From Minisyncoccia bacterium (GTDB taxonomy: Bacteria > Patescibacteriota > Minisyncoccia > Phycocordibacterales > JAACPR01), in assembly GCA_047639165.1 (NCBI GenBank), contig JBLINH010000001.1, positions 6,054-70,053 on the forward strand: DNA of 64,000 nucleotides. The letters are read 5' to 3'. The translations under genes and the position numbers were made by a program. Below, in pieces: positions 1 to 9,440 of the stretch (position 1 is its first letter; each line of letters begins with the position of its first letter). The notes beneath the pieces were generated by a model, which was given only the letters and a program-made list of their open reading frames with translations, was not told the DNA's origin and ran no database searches.

Positions 1-545
1 TCAATGCTAATGCTACTAATGATTTCAGGAGAGCACTTCGAGAGTTCATGTTGGCAAAGACTGACAAACTAATTCTTGACCTTAGAGGAAACCCAGGAGG
101 ATTCCTGACCGCAGCTATAGATATTTCAAGTTGGTTCCTTCCAGCAGGAAAGATTGTGGTGAAAGAAGACTTTGGAGGTAAAGAGGACGAAGAGGTATTT
201 AGAAGTAGAGGATACAACATATTTAACGACAACTTAAAAATGGCAATACTTGTAAATGGTGGTAGCGCCTCAGCATCTGAAATTGTTGCAGGTGCACTAC
301 AATCACATGGTATTGCAGAGTTAATAGGAACAAACACATATGGTAAAGGGTCTGTTCAAGAGTTGATGGATATTACAGAAGAAACTTCATTGAAGGTTAC
401 TATCGCTAGGTGGTTAACACCAAATGGGAAATCTATATCAGATGGGGGACTTAGTCCTGATATAGAGGTAGAGTTTACAAATGAAGATTTTGAAGCAAAG
501 AAAGATCCACAGTTAGATGCCGCAATCGATTATTTATTAAAGTAA
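1..545 (+). CDS. C-terminal processing peptidase (S41 family), 5' partial
   Basis: The frame is open from the window start. It carries the S41 motif region [10 protein letters not shown] and a C-terminal tail typical of CtpA-like proteases. Confidence 0.75.
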   Translation, partial: NANATNDFRRALREFMLAKTDKLILDLRGNPGGFLTAAIDISSWFLPAGKIVVKEDFGGKEDEEVFRSRGYNIFNDNLKMAILVNGGSASASEIVAGALQSHGIAELIGTNTYGKGSVQELMDITEETSLKVTIARWLTPNGKSISDGGLSPDIEVEFTNEDFEAKKDPQLDAAIDYLLK

Positions 546-550
546 GAAAT

Positions 551-994
551 ATGAAAGTTATTCTATTAAAAGATGTAAAGAACGTAGGAAAGAGACTTGA
601 TGTGAAAGAAGTTAGCCAAGGGTATGGAATGAATTTTCTAATAAAAAGAGGTTTAGCCAAAGTCGCAACAAAGAATGAAGAAGCTAAAGTAAAGATTCTT
701 AAGAGGGAAGAGCAGGTCAAAGGAGAGGTAAGTGACAAGCTAACAGAAAAAGTTTTCTCTCAAATTGACGGAAGAGAGATTACTCTAAAAGCTAAAGTAA
801 ATGAGAAAGGACATTTATTTAGTTCTTTAAATGAAAAACATATTGCTTCAGCAATAGGGGAGCAACTAAAGATTGAGATTAATGCTAAATGGATTGTTCT
901 AAAAGAACCTATAAAAGAAGCTACAAAGTTTTCTGTTCCTATTCAATCAGAGAAACATAAAGCTACTGTTATTCTAAATGTAGAAGGAGAGTAG
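551..994 (+). CDS. rplI: 50S ribosomal protein L9
   Basis: N-terminus [14 protein letters not shown]...VKEVSQGY is typical of L9, and the 147-aa length fits. Confidence 0.9.
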   Translation: MKVILLKDVKNVGKRLDVKEVSQGYGMNFLIKRGLAKVATKNEEAKVKILKREEQVKGEVSDKLTEKVFSQIDGREITLKAKVNEKGHLFSSLNEKHIASAIGEQLKIEINAKWIVLKEPIKEATKFSVPIQSEKHKATVILNVEGE

Positions 995-1010
995 ATAGAT
1001 TGATAAAAAA

Positions 1011-1045
1011 AGAGCCAACACATTGTGTTGGCTCTTTTTTTGTTT
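1011..1045. terminator. Bidirectional rho-independent terminator between rplI and rpmA
   Basis: 10-bp stem agagccaaca/tgttggctct with a 5-nt loop, followed by a T7 run. It sits between convergent genes. Confidence 0.7.
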
Positions 1046-1049
1046 TTCT

Positions 1050-1322
1050 TTAAACAACGTTTACAACTTTCTTTACAACAACTCTGTTGTTGTAACTTGT
1101 CTTTCTCTTAGAAGAGAATTCAACCCTTCCTTCCTTTAGAGCAAATAGAGTATGGTCTTTACCTAATCCAACGTTTTCTCCTGGTAGAATTTTTGTACCC
1201 CGCTGTCTTACAATGATTGAACCAATCTTTGTAACTTGACCAGCATAAAGCTTCACACCAAGATATTTTGGGTTTGAGTCTTTAAGGTTTTTTGTTGATC
1301 CTCCGGCTTTGACGTGTGACAT
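1050..1322 (-). CDS. rpmA: 50S ribosomal protein L27
   Basis: [12 protein letters not shown]...[17 protein letters not shown] matches the L27 signature. Confidence 0.9.
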   Translation of the reverse strand: MSHVKAGGSTKNLKDSNPKYLGVKLYAGQVTKIGSIIVRQRGTKILPGENVGLGKDHTLFALKEGRVEFSSKRKTSYNNRVVVKKVVNVV

Positions 1323-1375
1323 GGTTTATGATTTTTTTATATTTCTTTTATCACTAATATGATAAACAATTAGGT

Positions 1376-1723
1376 ATGACTTTACAGTATATATTAAAAA
1401 AAATCAAGGGAAATAAGGGGTTAGTAGAATATTTACTTAATATAGGAATAATTGGTACAGCTCTATCAGTAGCGTATGGATTAGGGTTAGTGGCTACAAT
1501 ACAGGCTAATGAGCCCAAAATTAGCTTTGAACAGAATGATTTGGTGGTATCCATAAAAGGGAACACTGAAAGTATAGGAAGCTTTTTAGCATCAAAAAAC
1601 GGTACGAAGTACTACCCAACAGGTTGTAAGTCGTCTAATCGTATAAAAGAGGGAAATAAGGTCTATTTTTCTTCTGAAGATGAGGCTAAAAAAGCAGGTT
1701 TTGAGCTATCTAAAACATGCTAA
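1376..1723 (+). CDS. Membrane-anchored small protein with a C-terminal Ada-like/sunset-type domain
   Basis: N-terminal TM helix. The C-terminal YYPTGCKSSNRIKEGNKVYFSSEDEAKKAGFELSKTC resembles the small metal-binding YHxPGC...F.S..EA..AG domain. Confidence 0.45.
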   Translation: MTLQYILKKIKGNKGLVEYLLNIGIIGTALSVAYGLGLVATIQANEPKISFEQNDLVVSIKGNTESIGSFLASKNGTKYYPTGCKSSNRIKEGNKVYFSSEDEAKKAGFELSKTC

Positions 1724-1763
1724 AATCCTTACTTTACACTTGTTTATAGCCATATTTAAGCTA

Positions 1764-1793
1764 TTGACTTTTAGGTAGTAAAGATGCTATAAT
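1764..1793 (+). promoter_or_regulatory. Sigma-70-like promoter (TTGACT-18-TATAAT)
   Basis: TTGACT at 1764-1769 and TATAAT at 1788-1793, upstream of the lytic transglycosylase gene. About 100 nt of leader follows. Confidence 0.5.
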
Positions 1794-1896
1794 AGTGTCA
1801 ACTCAGACACGCGCTGGGTTTTTGTTTTACCTCGGTAAAACAATACGTTTCAAGACTTCTATCAAATTTCCTTGAAACCTGCGTTCGAAATTATGG

Positions 1897-2400
1897 TTGC
1901 ATACGCAGATTATCTTTAAGAATTGGCTTATTATACAATTGACAATCAGTCTTGCCATGCTTGTAGCTTCAGTTACTGGTGCAGGACAAGAAGTCGTACT
2001 CAATCGAGTTGGAACACAACCGATTGAGGTAGAAGAGCGAGTACGAGTAGTAGATGAAATTGTAGTTGAAACTACAACTTTGACAACTAAAGAATACGTT
2101 AACGAATACTTCAAGGATACACCTATTCTTGTAGATGTAGCCTACTGTGAGTCTGGTATCAGACAATTCAGTACTAATGGGCAACCATTACGAGGTATAG
2201 TTAACCCACAAGATGTTGGAGTTATGCAGATTAATGAAAAGTATCACTTAGATACTTCAGTTAGACTAGGCATAGACATCTACACACTTGAAGGTAATCT
2301 AGCTTATGGTAAGTATCTATACGAAACGCAAGGTACAGCGCCGTGGGAATATTCTTCTAAGTGTTGGGGTAAAACCCGAGAAGTAGCGTTGTTAAACTAA
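1897..2400 (+). CDS. Secreted lytic transglycosylase (SLT/GH23-like domain)
   Basis: Signal-peptide-like N-terminus. Motifs CESG, VGVMQIN and EGNLAYGKYLY resemble the SLT catalytic-domain motifs (ES...GLMQ...AYN.G). Confidence 0.6.
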   Translation: MHTQIIFKNWLIIQLTISLAMLVASVTGAGQEVVLNRVGTQPIEVEERVRVVDEIVVETTTLTTKEYVNEYFKDTPILVDVAYCESGIRQFSTNGQPLRGIVNPQDVGVMQINEKYHLDTSVRLGIDIYTLEGNLAYGKYLYETQGTAPWEYSSKCWGKTREVALLN

Positions 2401-2409
2401 CAACAAACA

Positions 2410-2445
2410 AAAGCCACTACATACTGTAGTGGCTTTTGTGTTTTA
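2410..2445 (+). terminator. Rho-independent terminator
   Basis: 9-bp stem agccactac/gtagtggct with loop atact, followed by a T-rich tract tttgtgtttt. Confidence 0.65.
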
Positions 2446-2674
2446 TAAAATATTTAAGTTTTCTTATTTAGAGACATAAACGGGGAAGTGCTTCTCTTTA
2501 AAAAAGAACTCTTTTATTTCCTCCGGAAAAGCTCCGACTCTCGGAGCGAACCCCTCCGGTGTCAGATCGTGCGTAAATGAAACGGTATCGGTAAAAAGGG
2601 GATTTTTAAAAAAATAAAAAGCACCTGTGGATAACTTTAATAGTATGTCGCACAATATATCTTTTATCCTGAAA

Positions 2675-2688
2675 CGTTATACGACATA
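2675..2688. repeat. Inverted repeat arm (CGTTATACGACATA), right copy of a 14-bp IR pair flanking the 210-aa gene
   Basis: It is the exact reverse complement of TATGTCGTATAACG at 3379-3392. Confidence 0.8.
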
Positions 2689-2727
2689 TATACATAAGCC
2701 TTTATATATAAGGCTTATGTATAGTGT

Positions 2728-3360
2728 TTATTCTTTTGCCTTCATCTTCTTGCAGAACTCTTTAAAAGAGGATACATCCATCAGGAATTGGTTCTTTGTA
2801 AGCCCCTTCTTTTTATTCTTTAATAAAATATTCATTTCATCTTGGGATGTGTCCTCATTTATTTGTAAAAATATTACAGGGAACTCGTTCATCATTTTAA
2901 GGTCATACTTACGTAGTTTGCTATTCAAACATCCTAATAAGCTACCTTTGTCATTGGCATAAAAAACATCTACAGAAAAATGTTTCTTTTTATAAGAAAT
3001 AAAGAAATCTGACTTAGCTCTATGATCATCAGTGAAAGAAAAGTTTCTGTGTATACTACGAGGCTCAAAATTGGCTTCTAAGAGTTTGTAAATTTTTTTA
3101 ACGTAGTTTTGTTTACGTAGATATATGTCAGAGGCCCTTTTTGAACTATAAGAACCTTCAGCCAAATTATGTTGGCCGGTAAGTTTCAATTCTTTTCTTA
3201 AATTTACCAGTCCCCCAAACCTTCTTTGAATTTGGCGTGAAGATGGGAGGTCCTCATGTTTATCAAATTCTACAGATGTTGGATACCTTTTATTGACTTT
3301 ATAAAAAGAGGTTAGTCCTTTTTTTATTTTCTTTAAGTCCCAAGTAGGTTTTTTTGGCAT
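2728..3360 (-). CDS. Hypothetical protein with a homing-endonuclease-like N-terminal DNA-binding motif
   Basis: A 210-aa ORF. N-terminal YPTSVEFDKHEDLPSSRQIQRRFGGLVNLRKELKL resembles the PS..TI.RRFGSW..AL helix motif of phage HNH/homing-endonuclease proteins. The gene is bracketed by 14-bp inverted repeats. Confidence 0.4.
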   Translation of the reverse strand: MPKKPTWDLKKIKKGLTSFYKVNKRYPTSVEFDKHEDLPSSRQIQRRFGGLVNLRKELKLTGQHNLAEGSYSSKRASDIYLRKQNYVKKIYKLLEANFEPRSIHRNFSFTDDHRAKSDFFISYKKKHFSVDVFYANDKGSLLGCLNSKLRKYDLKMMNEFPVIFLQINEDTSQDEMNILLKNKKKGLTKNQFLMDVSSFKEFCKKMKAKE

Positions 3361-3378
3361 ACAGTATTATATCATACG

Positions 3379-3392
3379 TATGTCGTATAACG
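3379..3392. repeat. Inverted repeat arm (TATGTCGTATAACG), left copy
   Basis: It pairs with 2675-2688. The two arms are 718 bp apart and enclose the 210-aa gene. Confidence 0.8.
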
Positions 3393-3398
3393 GACTTG

Positions 3399-4421
3399 TT
3401 ATTTCATCATCTTTCTTAAAACAAATAGTTTATACCAAATCTTTTTGTTTACAATATCAAAGAAACTAGAATGGTTTAAAGTTTCACCACCAAATCTTTT
3501 TTTATATAAAGTAAGCTTCTTTAGTGACGGAACTTTGTTTTCATTTGAACTAATACCACCAAAATTGTATTTTTCTAAGCCTAAACTTTTAGCATGTTTG
3601 ATACTCTCAAATTGCGCTTTGTGCGAGTAGGGGACTTTCCTATATGAATCTCCTGACGCTCCATACAAATACATAGCTTCTTTCCCATATGTTATGAATA
3701 GGAAAACACCCACCACTTCCCTATCGATTTTTGAAATTGTTAGGAAGCCATTTTTCTTTTCCTCGATACTTTTAAACACTTCCTTATAGTATTCTTCCGG
3801 ATGTAGAGTGAATCCATTTCTTTTGGATGTAGCGTTCATTAATTTAACAAATACATCAAAATACTCTTTGAAGTTTTCAGAGATTATTTCAATTTCTGAA
3901 TTTTTGCGTTCAGCTAACCTAATACTGTACCTAGTCTTTTGGTGAAACTCTTTAGTGATTTTTTCTATAGGTTTAGTCAGGTCTAGTATCCATTCTGCAC
4001 GTGGTTGGAAGTATGATCCTTTGTACGTTGCCCTGGAGGCTTTATTGAAATACTTTTTAAGAACCCCATCATCTAGTGTTGGATTAAAATCTAATCTAAA
4101 GAATATTCCATTTCTATCTTTGAGTAGTTTGGTTAATCCTTCTTTTAGGAAAGGTAGAACTTTTTCAGTATCGTCTATATTTAATACTGGACCATATGGA
4201 GCATAGAAATATTTTTGTCCAAAAGGTAAGCTCACTTCAATGGCTTGTACGTATGCAAGAACTTTCCCATCTTCTTCTACAGAAAATCTACAAACACTCT
4301 TACCAAGATTCTCATGCCAGGAACCATAGAAAGGAGCTTGGATAAAGGATCCTTTGTTTTTTATGATGAAATCATTATACTTCTCACCACTTTCTATTTT
4401 GTTAAAAGTTAATCCGTTCAT
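3399..4421 (-). CDS. FemAB-family peptidoglycan interpeptide-bridge aminoacyltransferase
   Basis: 340 aa. FemX/MurM-like sequence, including the ...AMYLYGASGD... motif, with a length typical of FemAB. Confidence 0.75.
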   Translation of the reverse strand: MNGLTFNKIESGEKYNDFIIKNKGSFIQAPFYGSWHENLGKSVCRFSVEEDGKVLAYVQAIEVSLPFGQKYFYAPYGPVLNIDDTEKVLPFLKEGLTKLLKDRNGIFFRLDFNPTLDDGVLKKYFNKASRATYKGSYFQPRAEWILDLTKPIEKITKEFHQKTRYSIRLAERKNSEIEIISENFKEYFDVFVKLMNATSKRNGFTLHPEEYYKEVFKSIEEKKNGFLTISKIDREVVGVFLFITYGKEAMYLYGASGDSYRKVPYSHKAQFESIKHAKSLGLEKYNFGGISSNENKVPSLKKLTLYKKRFGGETLNHSSFFDIVNKKIWYKLFVLRKMMK

Positions 4422-5725
4422 TATAGTTTTGGTAAGTATTCCATAGGATCAAGATATGAATCAAGAGAAGCTGCTGGGATGGTTACATTGTAAGCACCAC
4501 ATCCATATGAGCTAGGAGCCACCTCTCTATAGTTAATAACATTAACACCTTGGTTAATATATAGAGAAAGGTGAAGGTGTGGACCTGTACTTATACCTGA
4601 AGTTCCACTATATGCGATTACTTGTCCTTGTTCCACTCTTTGTCCTATCTTAGCAGTTACACTTGAAAGGTGAGCATACATAGTTGAAAGTCCATTATCA
4701 TGTTCAACCAGTATCCACTTACCCCATGAATTACATCCTGGATATGCATCAGTATTATCAGTTCCCTTCACTACACCAGAAGAAACTGTTTTAACTGGTG
4801 TTCCGATTGGTACTCCAAAGTCCATACCATTATGAAATGCTCTACCATATATATGAGTGTTTCTTTTAGCAAAAGCTGTACCACCAAATCGTTGTGTGAT
4901 TATGAAGTTAGAAACAGGCCATCCGAATATACCACTTTTAGCTTTTTGAAATCCATCAGGATCAATGATGACTTGAAGTTGTGATTCAAACTCTAGTAAT
5001 TCTTGTTCGAAAGCATCTTTTATCCTTACCTTTTCAGCTAAGACTTTTTTGTATTCGCTTTCTTCATTCTTTGTTTGAGCCAAGAGGGTATCCTTTTGTT
5101 TCTTTGTATGAGCTACTGCCTCCTTCTTTCCACCAAGAGTCACTTTGGTAGTTTCAAGAACTTCTTTTTCTTCTGTCTCTTCTACTTTCTTTTCGGTAAG
5201 TTCCCCGTTTAGAACTTTCAATGTGTATACAGAGTCTCGAACCTTATCTTGGAAGTTTTCAAGATTGTTTAAGGCAATCCAAAAATCAGACATAGACTCA
5301 TGTCCGAAAAGGATTTCAAGTAGTGAAGTAGATTCAAATTCGTCCAGTCTTCGAAGAGCTTCTCCTAATGCTTCACTATTTAAATCAATCTTTTCAGTCT
5401 TGTTATCTATCTCCACAGATATCTTCTGAATAGTTAATTCAGTTTTTATGATATTAGTTTCAGTGTATTTAATGTCGCTACTTAGTTTATTCTCTGTGGC
5501 TTTAAGTGAGTTTACAGTACCTTGCAAGGAATTTGTTCTTTTGTTTGCTTCTTTAACTTTAGCTTCTTGTTTCTGTATATCTTTATTTATTTCCTCTATC
5601 TTGTTGGAAGCTTGATCAATTTTGTTTTCAAGTTCGTCTACACTTTGGGCGTGCAAAAGAAAAGGAATTAGAAGAATTCCCAAAATTAGAAATATACTTT
5701 TATTTTTTAGAAATCTTAAGTGCAT
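4421..5725 (-). CDS. M23-family metallopeptidase with an N-terminal coiled coil (EnvC/LytM-like)
   Basis: Signal peptide, a long coiled-coil region, and a C-terminal M23 domain with GTSGISTGPHLHLSLY. Confidence 0.85.
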   Translation of the reverse strand: MHLRFLKNKSIFLILGILLIPFLLHAQSVDELENKIDQASNKIEEINKDIQKQEAKVKEANKRTNSLQGTVNSLKATENKLSSDIKYTETNIIKTELTIQKISVEIDNKTEKIDLNSEALGEALRRLDEFESTSLLEILFGHESMSDFWIALNNLENFQDKVRDSVYTLKVLNGELTEKKVEETEEKEVLETTKVTLGGKKEAVAHTKKQKDTLLAQTKNEESEYKKVLAEKVRIKDAFEQELLEFESQLQVIIDPDGFQKAKSGIFGWPVSNFIITQRFGGTAFAKRNTHIYGRAFHNGMDFGVPIGTPVKTVSSGVVKGTDNTDAYPGCNSWGKWILVEHDNGLSTMYAHLSSVTAKIGQRVEQGQVIAYSGTSGISTGPHLHLSLYINQGVNVINYREVAPSSYGCGAYNVTIPAASLDSYLDPMEYLPKL

Positions 5726-7049
5726 GATTGATACGGTTTAAGGTTTTTTCTTTTCCTAGTATTCCGGAAATCTCAAAAGGATCGGGAGACCTGTCTCTTC
5801 CTGAAAGAGAGTATCTCAAAGGCCAAAGAACGTCGCCTCTCCCCTCTTCGTTTGCATATGGCCAGATAGATTCTTTAATTTGAGCTTGTGTGAAATTATC
5901 TTTGTCCATTTCACTTATAATTTCTTTCACTTTCTCTAGATGTTTTACTGCCTCTTCAAGGCCTGTGTCTTTCCAAGAAAGTTTTTCTTTGTCGTATTCG
6001 GGCTGTTCATCGAAGTAGTCAAGTTCTCCATTTTTAATCATTTCATCTATGTCACTTATCTTCACTATCCTATCCAATATCACAGGTTTTAGTTTTAGAA
6101 TTGTTTCTCCGTCGAAGTTTAGTTTCATTAGTTTTTCAGAGACACAATGACAAAAATCATCATCAGAAAGAAGTTTTAGATATTCTTTGTTAAACCAATC
6201 TAGTTTTTCTGTATTAAAAATAGCTCCTCCTTTTTGAATTTGATTCAGAGAAAAACTTTCAACTAGTTCATCTAGTGAGAATATCTCCTGATCTGTTCCA
6301 GGGTTCCATCCAAGCATTGCTAGGTGGTTGATGATGGCTTCTTTTATGTACCCTTTCTCTCTGTAGTCTGAAATTGAAGTAGCACCGTCTCTTTTACTCA
6401 TTTTACTCTTATCCTTCCCTAGGATAAGGGGTAGATGGACGTATACTGGCCGTGGTGCACCGATTGCCTCTTGAATGAGTATTTGTCTGGGGGTGTTTGA
6501 AATACCGTCTTCACCTCGAATTACGTGGGTCACACCCATTTCGTAGTCATCCACTACAACAGCTAAGTGATACAAGGGTTCTGTGAACGATTTAGCGAGA
6601 ACAAAGTCTCCCAATTCTTCTGTCTTGAATTCTATCTCACCTCGTATTTCGTCGTTAAAAGAAATTATTTTGTTAGGATTTCTAAACCTAATCACTTCAG
6701 ATCTTGAACCTTCATCTTTTGGTTCTTCTTTTGAAACATATGCTTTATTTGTGTCCACTAAGTCCTTAATATATTTTTCATATATTTCAGTTCTTTCTGA
6801 TTGACGATATATTTCATCATGACAAAGATTCAACCAGTCCATACCTTCCAGTATGTTGGTTTCAAATTCTTTGGTACTTCTTTCCTTGTCAGTGTCTTCA
6901 ACACGAAGGATGAACTTACCACCGTACTTTCTAGCAAAGAGATAATTGAAAAGAGCGGTCCTCGCTGTACCAATGTGTAAATTACCAGTTGGTGATGGAG
7001 CGATTCTAGTAACTATTTGTTGTTTTTTATTTTTGAATATTCCGAACAT
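5700..7049 (-). CDS. gltX: Glutamate--tRNA ligase
   Basis: Class I HIGH motif (RIAPSPTGNLHIGTARTALFNY), KMSKR motif, 449 aa. Confidence 0.9.
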   Translation of the reverse strand: MFGIFKNKKQQIVTRIAPSPTGNLHIGTARTALFNYLFARKYGGKFILRVEDTDKERSTKEFETNILEGMDWLNLCHDEIYRQSERTEIYEKYIKDLVDTNKAYVSKEEPKDEGSRSEVIRFRNPNKIISFNDEIRGEIEFKTEELGDFVLAKSFTEPLYHLAVVVDDYEMGVTHVIRGEDGISNTPRQILIQEAIGAPRPVYVHLPLILGKDKSKMSKRDGATSISDYREKGYIKEAIINHLAMLGWNPGTDQEIFSLDELVESFSLNQIQKGGAIFNTEKLDWFNKEYLKLLSDDDFCHCVSEKLMKLNFDGETILKLKPVILDRIVKISDIDEMIKNGELDYFDEQPEYDKEKLSWKDTGLEEAVKHLEKVKEIISEMDKDNFTQAQIKESIWPYANEEGRGDVLWPLRYSLSGRDRSPDPFEISGILGKEKTLNRINHALKISKK

Positions 7050-8176
7050 TATTCTTCGTGTTTTAATGCAGTTTTTATAATCTCAACAGCTATCTTTCTA
7101 CCAGCATCTGGAACTGCAAACTTTTTAGCATTCTCAATCATATTATTCCTGTAATCTTCGTTTTCAAATATTCTTGTGATTTCTCCCATCAATATTTCAG
7201 GTGTTGCATTGTGCTGTTCGATGACAACTCCTGCTCCACTACGTGCGTAGTTGAAAGCATTTGTTCTTTGATCATGACTAACGTCTTCAGGTATTGGAAT
7301 GATAATACTCGGTTTACCCCAAAGAGCAATTTCAAATAAGGAAGATCCTGCGCGTGTGATTACAAGAGAGCAGGCTCCTGCTGCCATTTTTACCCCAACA
7401 TCATTTAAATATTTCACAGGTTTGTATCGATCTTTGAATTCAGATAACTCTAACTTCATGTCTGATACTTTAGTTACTTGTTCAAAATTGTTCTGTCCTG
7501 TCTGATGTATGACTTGATACTTTTTCACAACATCTGAAAGAATATCAATGATTGCATCGTTGATAGCCCCAGCTCCTTGTGATCCTCCTATTACAAGAAT
7601 TATCGGGACGTCTTCTTCGAGTTCAAAGAATTTTGCACCTCCCTCTGGTGTCGGTATCTGTACAGCTTTTCGAATTGGGTTTCCAGTAAAGGCTACTCTC
7701 TCTTTAATGAAGAATTCTGCTGCTTCAGGATATGATACAGCAATCTTGTTGGCAAACTTACCAGCCCAAAGATTGGCTTTACCTGGCTTACTATCAGATT
7801 CGTGAATAATAATAGGAATATGTAATATTTTTCCTGCAATGACAGTAGGGATACTTCCGTAACCACCTTTGGAAAATATTACATCAGGATATATTCTAAA
7901 AATTACCCAAATGGCTTGGAATATACCGATAATTATTTTGAATAAATCTACAAAGTTTAGTAAAGAAAAATACTTTCTCTTTTTTCCTGATGTCACATAT
8001 CTGTACTCAATATTGTGATCAGACAGTAGACCTGAATTATATTGGCCTGGTGCCACAAAATACATCTTTGGATTTACCAATTTCTTTTCTCTGACTAATT
8101 CTGTCACTGCTTCTGCTACAGCAATGATTGGATAGAAATGTCCGCCTGTTACTCCTCCTGTGAATACTATTTTCAT
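7049..8176 (-). CDS. murG: Undecaprenyldiphospho-muramoylpentapeptide beta-N-acetylglucosaminyltransferase
   Basis: MKIVFTGGVTGGHFYPIIAVAEA is the MurG N-terminus. The likely ATG at 8176 follows a TATAAT; the ORF track extends to a TTG at 8209. Confidence 0.85.
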   Translation of the reverse strand: MKIVFTGGVTGGHFYPIIAVAEAVTELVREKKLVNPKMYFVAPGQYNSGLLSDHNIEYRYVTSGKKRKYFSLLNFVDLFKIIIGIFQAIWVIFRIYPDVIFSKGGYGSIPTVIAGKILHIPIIIHESDSKPGKANLWAGKFANKIAVSYPEAAEFFIKERVAFTGNPIRKAVQIPTPEGGAKFFELEEDVPIILVIGGSQGAGAINDAIIDILSDVVKKYQVIHQTGQNNFEQVTKVSDMKLELSEFKDRYKPVKYLNDVGVKMAAGACSLVITRAGSSLFEIALWGKPSIIIPIPEDVSHDQRTNAFNYARSGAGVVIEQHNATPEILMGEITRIFENEDYRNNMIENAKKFAVPDAGRKIAVEIIKTALKHEE

Positions 8177-8198
8177 AAAGTAGATTATATCATATGAA

Positions 8199-8232
8199 AA
8201 GGGACGCAACTCGCGGGTTGCGTCCCTTTATC
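8199..8232 (-). terminator. Rho-independent terminator between ftsW and murG
   Basis: 10-bp GC-rich stem gggacgcaac/gttgcgtccc, with a T-run on the minus strand. Confidence 0.65.
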
Positions 8233-8315
8233 TTATTCTAACTCTCATCTTCTTTTTTCGTTTCTTTCTAGAACCGGTTCTTTTGTAATTATATACCTCG
8301 TATATACAGAGTCAA

Positions 8316-9440
8316 CTAGACTCTCTGGTATCTAGAAATATTTAACATTATTCCTACAGCAAAGAGAGTAAAGAAAAGTGCTGTACCTCCGTGACTAACA
8401 AACAAAAGAGGTAATCCTGATAGTGGAATTAATCCAAGCATCGCAGATATGTTCATAAAAGATTGAGCTGTAATCATGATTGTTAAACCAATCATCACAA
8501 GACCTGCAAATGCATTACTGGTTCTTGAGGCAATTCGGAGACCGCGAAGTGCAAAGAGGAGATATAGGATTACAAGAGCACTTGCACCTATGAACCCAAA
8601 CTCTTCAGCGGCCACAGCGAAGATAGAATCCCCTATTGGTTCTGGTAGGAAGTTAAACTTTTGAGCACTCTGTCCGAATCCTTTTCCTGCCACACCTCCT
8701 GATCCTATAGCGATCAGAGATTGTTGGATTTGATATCCAGACTCAAGCGGATCAGACGCAGGGTTTATATAAGTCATTACCCTTTCTTTTAAGTATGGTC
8801 TCGCTATTACCAGCCCAGAAAGCCCTATAAGTCCTACAAGCCCTATTATCATAAGGTGTTTCCATTTACCTCCAGCTACTACGAACATTGAAACTGCAGC
8901 CACTAGCATAATTACAAAAGTGTCCGTATCTGGTTGTAGGAGTAGTATGCTCCCAGCTACACCAGAAATAATAGCAAGTGGTATAAGGCCAAACTTAACA
9001 TCTTCAACCTTGTTCTTAATACCTGAAAGCCAAGCTGCACAATACAGAACAAAAGCGATCTTTAGAAACTCTGAAGGTTGAAATGATAGTGGTCCAATTA
9101 GTATCCATCTTTTAGCACCACCGTGCTCAAGACCGATTCCCGGTATGAAAACAAGAAGTGTTAGAACTAGTGAAAATATATAAATCCAGAAAGAGTACTT
9201 CTGCCAGAATGTGTACTTCACTCTTGAAAGTATGAAAGCAAATACTCCCCCCATCATAAGACCAAGAAGTAATTGGTTTAGAACAATGGAAGAGAATTTT
9301 ATATCATCTCTTGCAGTCAATCCTAGTGAAGCTGAGAGAAAAAGAAAAAAACCTGATACGGCAAGAGATATTACTATTATCAAAAAAGGCTTATCAATAC
9401 TTTTTAACTTGGGCATCTGTATATTATGCAACAAGCGCAA
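8316..9440 (-). CDS. ftsW: SEDS-family peptidoglycan glycosyltransferase (FtsW/RodA)
   Basis: Ten-TM profile with SEDS motifs (KRWILIGPLSFQPSEFLK...). Located next to mraY and murG. Confidence 0.85.
   Translation of the reverse strand: MRLLHNIQMPKLKSIDKPFLIIVISLAVSGFFLFLSASLGLTARDDIKFSSIVLNQLLLGLMMGGVFAFILSRVKYTFWQKYSFWIYIFSLVLTLLVFIPGIGLEHGGAKRWILIGPLSFQPSEFLKIAFVLYCAAWLSGIKNKVEDVKFGLIPLAIISGVAGSILLLQPDTDTFVIMLVAAVSMFVVAGGKWKHLMIIGLVGLIGLSGLVIARPYLKERVMTYINPASDPLESGYQIQQSLIAIGSGGVAGKGFGQSAQKFNFLPEPIGDSIFAVAAEEFGFIGASALVILYLLFALRGLRIASRTSNAFAGLVMIGLTIMITAQSFMNISAMLGLIPLSGLPLLFVSHGGTALFFTLFAVGIMLNISRYQRV

Noticed and set aside
1354-1566. A 70-aa minus-strand ORF upstream of rpmA, a possible rplU position.
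   Set aside because: The sequence is unlike L21 and overlaps the better-supported plus-strand membrane-protein gene.
2464-2655. A 63-aa minus-strand ORF in the structured intergenic region.
   Set aside because: There is no start context or SD. The composition is driven by the GC-rich stems, and the region is better explained as non-coding (see the finding on 2401-2727).
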